Positions 11,205 to 21,235 of a stretch of DNA of 64,000 nucleotides are shown one piece after another; within the stretch, counting starts at the first letter, position 1, and each line of letters begins with the position of its first letter. Source of the stretch: Macrostomum lignano. Taxonomy: Eukaryota. Under the pieces are notes generated by a model. The model saw only the letters and a program-made list of their open reading frames with translations, did not search any database and was not told the DNA's origin. Location of the stretch: contig NIVC01001171.1 of NCBI GenBank assembly GCA_002269645.1, positions 83,604 through 147,603 of the forward strand. The letters are read 5' to 3'. Position numbers and translations under genes: made by a program.

Positions 11205-12420
11205 GCAGGTCTTGCTGGAGAGCGGAGCAGGTAGAGATAGGAGGAGCAGGTAGAGAGCGGAGCAGGTAGAGATAGGAGGAGCAGGTAGAGAGCGGAGCAG
11301 GTAGAGAGAGGAGGAGCAGGTAGAGAGCGGAGCAGGTAGAGAGCGGAGCAGGTAGAGAGAGGAGGAGCAGGTAGAGAGCCGAGCAAGTAGAGATAGGAGC
11401 AGGTAGAGAGTGGAGCAGGTAGAAATAGGAGCAGGTAGAGAGCGGAGCAAGTAGAGATAGGAGCAGGTAGAGAGCCGAGCAGGTAGAGAGCCGAGCAGGT
11501 AGAGAGCAGAGCAGGTAGAGAGCGGAGCAGGTAGAGAGCCGAGCAGGTAGAGAACCGAGCAGGTAGAGAGCGGAGCAGGTAGAGATAGGAGCAGGTAGAA
11601 ATAGGAGCAGGTAGAGAGCGGACCAGGTAGAAATAGGAGCAGGTAGAGATAGGAGCAGGTAGAGATAGGAGCAGGTAGAGAGCCGAGCAGGTAGAGAGCA
11701 GAGCAGGTAGAGAGCGGAGCAGGTAAAGAGCGGAGCAGGTAGAGAGCCGAGCAGGTAGAGAGCCGAGCAGGTAGAGAGCGGAGCAGGTAGAAATAGGAGC
11801 AGGTAGAGAGCGGACCAGGTAGAAATAGGAGCAGGTAGAGATAGGAGCAGGTAGAGAGTGGAGCAGGTAGAAATAGGAGCAGGTAGAGAGTGGAGCAGGT
11901 AGAAATAGGAGCAGGTAGAGAGCGGAGCAAGTAGAAATAGGAGCAGGTAGAGAGCGGACCAGGTAGAAATAGGAGCAGGTAGAGATAGGAGCAGGTAGAG
12001 AACCGAGCAGGTAGAGAGCGGAGCAGGTAGAGATAGGAGCAGGTAGAGATAGGAGCAGGTAGAGAGCGGAGCAGGTAGAGATAGGAGCAGGTAGAGAGCA
12101 GAGCAGGTAGAGAGCCGAGCAGGTAGAGAACCGAGCAGGTAGAGATAGGAGCAGGTAGAGAGCGGAGCAGGTAGAGATAGGAGCAGGTAGAGAGCGGAGC
12201 AGGTAGAGATAGGAGCAGGTAGAGAGCAGAGCAGGTAGAGAGCGGAGCAGGTAGAGAGCCGAGCAGGTAGAGAACCGAGCAGGTAGAGATAGGAGCAGAT
12301 AGAGAGCGGAGCAGGTAGAGATAGGAGCAGGTAGAGAGCGGAGCAGGTAGAGAGTGGAGCAGGTAGAGATAGAAGCAGGTAGAGAGTGGAGCAAGTAGAG
12401 AGCGGAGCAGGTAGAAAGCG
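11205..12420. repeat. 16-bp purine-rich minisatellite
   Basis: Unit (g/c)gagcaggtagaga(gc/ta); source of artefactual minus-strand ORFs 11090-12394 and 11163-11930. Confidence 0.97.
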
Positions 12421-12560
12421 AATAGAAATATTATATAATGTAAAGCTTCATACTGTCTTTTCTGAAAGCAAAGAAAATTGCATATACGAGTATGCCTATC
12501 GAAAAGGTGAATTAATTTAAACTACTTTCCCCACTGCAGACAATCCGCTAAACATTGCTC

Positions 12561-14589
12561 ATGCCAACGTTGCCTGCAGACTGTTCAGTCTCAGTATCTA
12601 GTCCAGGTGAATCTGTTATTGGTCATGACGCCTACTGATGCACTTCGATTTTAACCGGCTTTTAATGCTCAGATTTAGTTATTTTGTTTGTTATACAAGC
12701 AGAGGACACTCTTCTGCTTAGAGAATATCCGACCCAGTGGTCACGATAGGCTTGCATGACGTAATGTACAATGTCTATAGATTGCCACATACAAGGTCTC
12801 GGAAAAATATTGCATGTAATTATTATACATTGAGTCCCTGCCCTGGCTCTAGTCATTCTTTTCTATGTATTCGCTTTTGTGTTACTTAACTTATAGTGAA
12901 AACTCTTTTTAAATAAAATATATGTTTGTCGGTTCCTATAAATTGATCATATTTTGTTCAATTAGCCTTGAGCGCAGTCTTTGTTTGCACTCTATTCTCA
13001 ACTATTTAATATTCAATTTGTAGGTGCGTTATAGTCTAGATCCTTATACAAAGACTTAGGCTGAGCTGCTGGGCCACCCTCCCAGATCCTCAGTTGCTGG
13101 GCCACCCTCCCAGATCCTCAGTTGCTGGGCCACCCTCCCAGATCCTCAGTTGCTGGGCCACCCTCCCAGATCCTCAGTTGCTGGGCCACCCTCCCAGATC
13201 CTCAGTTGCTGGGCCACCCTCCCAGATCCTCAGTTGCTGGGCCACCCTCCCAGATCCTCAGTTGCTGGGCCACCCTCCCAGATCCTCAGTTGCTGGGCCA
13301 CCCTCCCAGATATTCAGTTGCTTGGCCAGCTTCCCAGATATTCAGTTGCTTGGCCAGCTTCCCAGATATTCAGTTGCTTGGCCAGCTTCCCAGATATTCA
13401 GTTGCTGGGCCAGCTTCCCAGATATTCAGTTGCTTGGCCAGCTTCCCAGATATTCAGTTGCTTGGCCAGCTTCCCAGATATTCAGTTGCTTGGCCAGCTT
13501 CCCAGATATTCAGTTGCTTGGCCAGCTTCCCAGATATTCAGTTGCTGGGCCAGCCTCCCAGATCCCCAGTTGCTGGGCCAGCCTCCCAGATCCCCAGTTG
13601 CTGGGCCAGCCTCCTAGATCCCCAGTTGCTGGGCCAGCCTCCTAGATCCTCAGTTGCTGGGCCAGCCTCCTAGATCCTCAGTTGCTTGGCCAGCCTCCCA
13701 GATCCCCAGTCGCTGGGCCAGCCTCCTAGATCCTCAGTTGCTGGGCCAGCCTCCCAGATCCCCAGTTGCTGGGCCAGCCTCCTAGATCCTCAGTTGCTGG
13801 GCCAGCCTCCTAGATCCTCAGTTGCTGGGCCAGCCTCCTAGATCCTCAGTTGCTGGGCCAGCCTCCCAGATCCCCAGTTGCTGGGCCAGCCTCCTAGATC
13901 CTCAGTTGCTGGGCCAGCCTCCTAGATCCTCAGTTGCTGGGCCAGCCTCCTAGATCCTCAGTTGCTGGGCCAGCCTCCTAGATCCGCAGTTGCTGGGCCA
14001 GCCTCCTAGATCCTCAGTTGCTGGGCCAACTTCCTAGATCCTCAGTTGCTGGTCCAGCCTCAGATGCCAGATTTTTCACTGATTTAAAGTCACTCAATTT
14101 AACTCGGATTCGCTTATATCTGATTTTTTAGCGAGTAAAGCCACGAGTAACTGCGACACGCCTGACAGCAACTGCACTCTGCTCTGCTACTGCAGCTGCG
14201 GACAGCGGCTTCTGAGTGGCGGCTCCTCCAGCGATTCGTCCGGCTCCTATAATACTACTATTGGCGACAATTGGCACTTTGCTTATCCTTGCACCGGAGT
14301 GTGCGATAAGAATAATAACTGTCCAGGCTATGAAGACGAGAATGCGCTCATGTGCGATCATCTGTATTCTACTGACATCAAATGGTCGTGGGATGCGTTT
14401 GTTAAAATGTTTGAACGACCGCAGATTCAAATATTGACTGCTTTTCTGGTCCTGTGCTTACCGGTTATGGTGCTCCTCATGCTGAATAAGAAATACCGCT
14501 GGTTGCCTTGGATGCTTAAACACCCGCCCCCGCCACGTTCCAGCGCTGATAGCGCCCTGCTGGCTCAGCAGCAGTCTGCCAACACCTAG
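12561..14589 (+). CDS. Paralog of the 9997 protein: CYCSC, LDLa-like module, TM helix, short Pro-rich tail; 5' end uncertain
   Basis: Open frame from acceptor ttttag at 14131 to TAG 14589: SKATSNCDTPDSNCTLLCYCSC...YPCTGVCDKNNNCPGYEDENALMCDHLY...QILTAFLVLCLPVMVLLML-NKKYR...HPPPPR. Phase-1-compatible upstream exon 12561-12606 (ATG...CCAG|GTGAAT) is tentative and has no signal peptide. Confidence 0.7.
13062..14062. repeat. 28-bp minisatellite (family B, array 1)
   Basis: Unit ctcagttgctgggccagcctcccagatc with three blocks of variants; also present at 51342-51692. Confidence 0.97.
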
Positions 14590-14734
14590 GGTGCATGCGT
14601 AGCCTGTGTGCACCCAGGTTGCATTGCCCAGGATTGGATTTACAATAGGTGGATTAATAGGTTAACTAGTGAGAGAGTCAATTACCGGTAAGGAAATGGA
14701 TTAGTGGGTCTGGACTTGATAAATGAATGGATGA

Positions 14735-15125
14735 ACTAGATTATCAGGTTATGAAATGGATTAACGGGTGTGGAATTGATTAATAATGGGTACATGAAAT
14801 GGATTATCAGGTTGGGAAATGGATTAACGGGTGTGGAATTGATTAAGGGGTAGGTGAAATGGATTATCAGGTTGGGAAATGGATTAACGGGTGTGGAATT
14901 GATTAAGGGGTAGGTGAAATGGATTATCAGGTTGGGAAATGGATTAACGGGTGTGGAATTGATTAAGGGGTAGGTGAAATGGATTATCAGGTTGGGAAAT
15001 GGATTAACGGGTGTTGAATTGATTAATGGGTACATGAAATGGATTATCAGGTTGGGAAATGGATTAACGGGTGTGGAATTGATTAATAATGGGTACATGA
15101 AATGGATTATCAGGTTGGGAAATGG
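14735..15125. repeat. 60/63-bp minisatellite, ~6 copies
   Basis: Unit aatggattatcaggttgggaaatggattaacgggtgtggaattgattaa... Confidence 0.93.
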
Positions 15126-17035
15126 ATTTTTGGCTAACTGGGATGGATTAACGAACGGGGAAGTGGATTAACGTGTACGCGGAATTAAGTGAGGTTGATT
15201 AACAAGCATAAAAATGGATTAATAGATAGTATTAACATATCTAGGAAGACAACGGGTTGTAGTTTCAAGAGATAGATTAAAATGTAGTAGAATTGATCAA
15301 CTGTTTCTAGTTGAATTAAATAAGTGTGATAAAAGTTGAATTGACTGTTTGTAAGGTTGAGCACAAGTTTATTAGCAATTTTGCTATTAGCAATTAGAGT
15401 GCGATGTCTTAGCGAAACACTGTATAGACTAGTACTCGTATTCGCTTTCGTTTTCACTTCCGATATTTATTTTACTTGTACAATAGTCTTTTATCAATCC
15501 TCCTTTCATTGCAACAGTTTTAAATTGACAGGTTCATGTAAAGTCAATTTGACAACGGAATATTAATGGGTATAACAAAAAATGACTGATGAAAATTTAA
15601 ATCGATAACAAAAAAATCTGCTTTTGTAGGCTGCTTTTTAGTTTGGCTTATTTAAAAAAATCTTTAACTTTGTTATACCGTGTCCGCAAAATTTTCCGGT
15701 TTAGAAGGTTTCCGGGTTTGTAAAAATATAAAAAAACAGTCTAATAAGCTACTCGTATATGCCAGCTTTTCATTCGGTTTTCTAAGCGAACCATTTGGCC
15801 CTAGATGTGACCCCTCGGCCATAATTGCCTTTTGCTAACTTAACTGCATAAATAGGCATAGAATCTGATATTCTTGATCAATAAACTTATTGCATTGAAA
15901 GCCTATATTACCGTCTTACTCTTCTCAGTAATGAATCTCTTAAAAAATTTAAGCATAAGTGACAGAATTTGGCGAACCGTTGTGATTGTCTGACCTTAAA
16001 ATCCGGCTGAGTCCGGAGTCCTCTTGCCCTGGGTGCCTCTTCTCCCGACCCCTTGGCCTGGCCCCCAATAATGAGCTGGATAGGCGATGCCCTTGGGTTG
16101 GCAGCAATAGAGGTGGACGGTCTTCCCGCCTGGAGTCTCCCCCTCGGATACAAGCCTTCCAGACTCACTCCAAATTAGAGCTGGGTAGTGAAAAGCCTTG
16201 AGGCTCGAGACCTACAGTTGTCGGATTCTGTATAGGATCGCTCTTGGTAATTAGCTGCCCAGACTCGCTCCAATAGTTTAAGCCATTTCCAAGGTTTAGG
16301 AGTAGTTCCTCACTTGGACCGCTTTCAGTAGTATCCCAAACTTTTCGTTTTCAAATTTCTCTGCGCACACCCAAAAGACTTGCTGGCTGGGGGGGTGGTC
16401 TGGGTGGATTCGGTCCTAGCACCGTCCCTGATTCCACTGTTGGTTTGGCGGTGTCTTGTACCATAGGCTTGAAGTCCCTCGCCCCTTCCCTAGCTTTAAG
16501 CTGGGGCCCAACTAAATTGGTATTTGGGTATCTCGGGTACACAGTCTTATCTGTGCCCTTGGCAGTGCCCTCTGCGGCAGAGCCCCTCCCAGGGCTGATC
16601 CGCGGGTAGCTAAGCTTCCCACCCCCGTTTAACAACAACCTTAAAATATCAAAGCTTCATTTTAAAAGCTTCATTAATTCTATAATTTTTTCTATGCAGA
16701 TTTGAATTCATCATTTTCGTTACACCTGATCTTATTGTTTATATTTGTTTGTTTCAATTCTTCGTTTTATTTGCAATGTACGGTAAAAAATTGAAAAACC
16801 TCCCCTTTTTTCTTCGCCATACTTCGCTTAACTTAACTACTGAATATAATAAGTAGTATGCTGCACTGTTTTTATCTTTTTAATTCTATTTTTAATATAT
16901 GACATGCGTTTTGCTTGGAATGAGAACGGCTTTTCCCATGCAGTGTTGTACACAAACACATGCACTGACTCTTTGGACTCCGCTTCTCTTGTACAACCGA
17001 AATTTAAAGAATTTTACGCTCTAGATACTGAAGGA

Positions 17036-17760
17036 ATTGGTCTGCACACTCGATACCTGCTCCTCAGTCACACCTGATCATTGGTCTGCACACTCGATAC
17101 CTGCTCCTCAGTCACACCTGATCATTGGTCTGCACACTCGATACCTGCTCCTCAGTCACACCTGATCATTGGTCTGCACACTCGATACCTGCTCCTCAGT
17201 CACACCTGATCATTGGTCTGCACACTCGATACCTGCTCCTCAGTCACACCTGATCATTGGTCTGCACACTCGATACCTGCTCCTCAGTCACACCTGATCA
17301 TTGGTCTGCACACTCGATACCTGCTCCTCAGTCACACCTGATCATTGGTCTGCACACTCGATACCTGCTCCTCAGTCACACCTGATCATTGGTCTGCACA
17401 CTCGATACCTGCTCCTCAGTCACACCTGATCATTGGTCTGCACACTCGATACCTGCTCCTCAGTCACACCTGATCATTGGTCTGCACACTCGATACCTGC
17501 TCCTCAGTCACACCTGATCATTGGTCTGCACACTCGATACCTGCTCCTCAGTCACACCTGATCATTGGTCTGCACACTCGATACCTGCTCCTCAGTCACA
17601 CCTGATCATTGGTCTGCACACTCGATACCTGCTCCTCAGTCACACCTGATCATTGGTCTGCACACTCGATACCTGCTCCTCAGTCACACCTGATCATTGG
17701 TCTGCACACTCGATCCTGCTCCTCAGTCACACCTGATCTTCATCATATGCTCCTCAGTCA
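17036..17760. repeat. 44-bp minisatellite, ~16 near-identical copies
   Basis: Unit ttggtctgcacactcgatacctgctcctcagtcacacctgatca, no spacers. Confidence 0.98.
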
Positions 17761-18699
17761 CGCCTAGTGGGACACCGAAAGTATGCAGTATCTGTGCTGA
17801 GCATCCTGCTGTCTGCCCTTGGCTTCATCATATGCTTCTAGACTTGTCCCATCCACTCACGCAGTGTAGACAGCGGCCCTGACTCTCATTAGGGGCTTAG
17901 CTGACCGCAGGAAAGACATCAAATGCTAGGGTTAGGATGTTCTTCAGGAAGTGTACATGTAGCTCGTAGGGTCTGTTGGTCTGTTGGAAAGTTGTCTCCT
18001 GAGTTCACAGCTAATAAAAGCTGACGAAGAGTGACTCCAGATAGCTTTTTACACATATTTAGAAGGACAACATGTGATTACAATCCGTTTAGCTCTTTAC
18101 GTAGTGAATCAGTAAAAGGTAACTCAATATAAGATACATGTTAACAACGTTAAATAATTTGACCTTACATGTATATTTCACAAATATTAATAGTTGAATC
18201 GTGAAAATTGTTTCTTTGAAAGTTATTAGTTTATTACTTGATAATCTTAATTCTATTTTGTGGGTTTCAGTTCAGACAGCAAATAAAATTGATTTTTCCA
18301 AAAGGAATAGTAGGATATAGTTTAGATTATCAAATATTCTAGGTAGTATCAAATGACAAATTTGACAAAAACAGAAAATAACTTTTAAAAATGGTCAGGC
18401 ACAAGACTATATGGATTTAAATATTTTATCACAGGCCTGTGGAATTTCCATTAATTCATTTTGCTGTTGAAAATATATGCGTAATAAAAACTGTTACTTC
18501 AGCAGCTTAGCGGCAGCCTTCAAACCAGTTGATAAAAAATATCTTTTTAGTTAAGCCGTGGATTGGCCTGCTGCCTGGCTAGACTCCACAATGCCAGAGG
18601 CTCTCTGCAAAAATAGTTGTTTAAAAAAATCTGGGCTTGTGAATTACGAACAATACACAATAATTAATTCAGTAGTATTTAATATAATATATTATTTTC

Positions 18700-19190
18700 T
18701 ACCCCTTTCTTACGCTCGTAACACGCCCGTGTCACTTCTCTATGGTCCCAATTATATAGCCAGCTATCCTCGTGGTCGGAGTTGATTTGTCTATGTACAT
18801 TAGCCAAGCCAACCGCCGCGTGAAAGACAGTGTACATAGCTTAACTAGAGAATATTCTTATCTTGTCCACCTCCCCTGACTTTCTAAGCACGTCGTCACT
18901 TCTGTATGTACAATTTTTTTGCCAGCTTTCCCCGCGCTTTGAGGTTGGGGGTTACGCTGCCAATGTGCGCCATTAGCTAACCGCCGCCCGAAAGACAATG
19001 TAGCTATAATATATTCTTCTCTTGCCTCTGACTTTCTAAAAAAGACCTTGTCACTTCTGTATTCGTCTATTCGTCCCAATTTTATTGCCAGCTATCCTCG
19101 CGTTCTGGGGTTGAATGGGGATTAACTGCCAATGTACATTAGCTAACCGCCGCGCGAAGGGCAATGTACATCCACAGCTATTCATGAACT
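18700..19190. repeat. Degenerate ~160-bp tandem repeat, 3 copies
   Basis: gccagct at 18759, 18921 and 19087; gtcacttct and tagctaaccgccgc/gccaaccgccgc recur at a similar period. Confidence 0.7.
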
Positions 19191-20764
19191 GTTTAAAAAG
19201 TTATCACGTGATTTTGACTTTACACGATCGAGTGAGTTCTCTCTCTATCTTTAGTCAATTACGCAGAAAATGGTAGGGATTTGCTTTACTTGCTACTTAG
19301 TAACAGTTCGTGCCCAATGAGCTACAGATTTTTTATTCCAATTAAAATCAAAATTTAAAAAAACTCACCGAAATTTTCTTCAACTGCCGAAGTCGCCACA
19401 ACTTCTGCTCTTCTTCTTTCTTCTTCTTCCTGTGCTCCTCGATCTGAAGCGGAAGATTAAAAGACATCTTGTCACTGTGTTATTTTATTTTAGCGAAATT
19501 TGATCGCGACCTCAAAATTCATTTTATCAACCCGAGTATCTTCTGCATTTTTTATAAATCAATATGCCCTTGATTGAAGGGTTGGAACGAAGAAGACGTT
19601 GCAAGGCCAAGAGGATCTTTGCATCCAGATTCCCATCCGTCCTCTGTGGCTTCATCAAGCAGCTTTTCTTTATCCCCGATTCCAAATAGGATGCGAGCAA
19701 CCTCTCTACTCTCCTCTCCGTTTTAGATGGCTATTCAAGCCTATAAAGTATAGATGGCATATATAGTTTATCTGCAATCCTTTACTCAACCGCGGGAGCA
19801 AGAAGTTAAAATTAAATTGCACTTTTAAAGCGTCATAGCTAAATAGCAAGATAGAGCAAGCTTCTAATGAGATATTTCGTGTTGCTAAGAGGGACAAGAG
19901 AGACTTGGAAACTGACCAATTGACATGTCTGGACCGAGCCCGCAATTCAGTTCTAAGCCAAGTACATGTAAGTGTGTCACGCAATCCAAGCCCCGTTTCG
20001 GTGCGTTCAGTTTAGACTATTAAACTATTCAGACGACATTCATTTTACTATACCAGTAGTACATGTACAGGTATACTAAACGTTTGGATGTTTACGGGAC
20101 GGGAGGGACTTCTCAGAAGATCAAGCCTGCAGCTCTTATATTTTTATAAGTACGAGTGTATATTATATTTGTATGTTAGTATTAGGTTTATAAAGAATTG
20201 GCCAATTCAGACAGATCAATCTTAACCCGAAATCAAAATCGAGAGAGAGAGAGAGAGAAGGGGAGAGTCGCTGGAAAATGCATTACTGAGATAGAAAGTT
20301 TCCAGCTTATTGGGACACTAAATTCCAATGATATCACCCTATGGATTTCTGACAATTGAAGTCTTCAAAAATATTCAGCTTAGCCAGGAGTTTATTTAAT
20401 GCGCAGCTAGATAAGCGTAAATATTTATGATGAAGTATATAGGTTGGATAGTGTGCTGATTGCAGAAACAGAATTTACATTTTTATGAATAGGCTAGCTA
20501 GGTGAATTAGGGTCAACATGCGTGCAACATTTTGTCTGATGTTGAGACTGTGAAAATACTTAATTAATTATTGGATATCACTAAAAGAAACAAAAAATCA
20601 ATGTTTGTGTAGATCCATTCCAAATACAATTCTGAGTAGGTCTTATTAACAATATAGAGAGTATGGAATCGGTACCTTCCGTGACGAAGTTTTCAATAAA
20701 AAATTCTGTTTGTTATTATTGCACTCTTTGTTGCTCCGTGAAAAAATCCCGAAAAAACTACTGA

Positions 20765-21216
20765 CCACAGATACTAAAATAACTAGGATGGGCCACTCAG
20801 GCATATATACTTAGTAAAACAGCTTTCTACTTTTTCAGTAGCAAAGATGAATACATAAGCTATTACATAAAAATAAAGGCAGCTGAAATGACTTTGATAA
20901 GTTTAGTCTTTAGAAGCCCAGCTTGCAGGCGTAAACAACTTGCTAGTTGGTTCAGCAATAATGTACATTGGCCAGTCCACTGAAATGTACATGGCAGCTT
21001 TAGGCTGGAATTCCGAGCAAGGCAATAAAAATTGGGGCGGGGCGGGGGGGTAGTGTGGAAAGACGCGGTTGGAGGGTTTAGGCTGGGGGTAGAAGCCAAT
21101 AAATGAGCCTTGGCTTTAAAATACATTAAATGCTTCTGTTTAACTTACTACTGAACTGAAAGTAGCCTACACGCATATGTGCTGAGTGGCCCATCTAGTT
21201 ATTCTAATATTTGTGG
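20765..21216. mobile_element. MITE-like non-autonomous DNA element (452 bp) with terminal inverted repeats and flanking direct repeat
   Basis: Left end ccacagatactaaaataactaggatgggccactcag; right end ctgagtggcccatctagttattctaatatttgtgg; TACTGA at 20759-20764 and at 21217-21222. Confidence 0.8.
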
Positions 21217-21235
21217 TACTGATTAAGCGTTCGAA

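Noticed and set aside
11090-12394. Long low-complexity ORFs over repeats (also 13094-13673, 24895-26179, 26827-27571, 28305-28961, 31829-32741 in part, 37943-38344, 48329-49811, 54206-55125, 63095-63752)
   Set aside because: They are translations of tandem repeats lying within introns or gaps defined by phase-consistent splice sites.
15900-16640. GC-richer island with short minus-strand ORFs, possibly a retroelement remnant
   Set aside because: Stops in all frames examined and no RT, gag or endonuclease motif recognised.
17036-17760. Regular 44-bp repeats resembling a CRISPR array
   Set aside because: No unique spacers, no cas genes, and a eukaryotic context.
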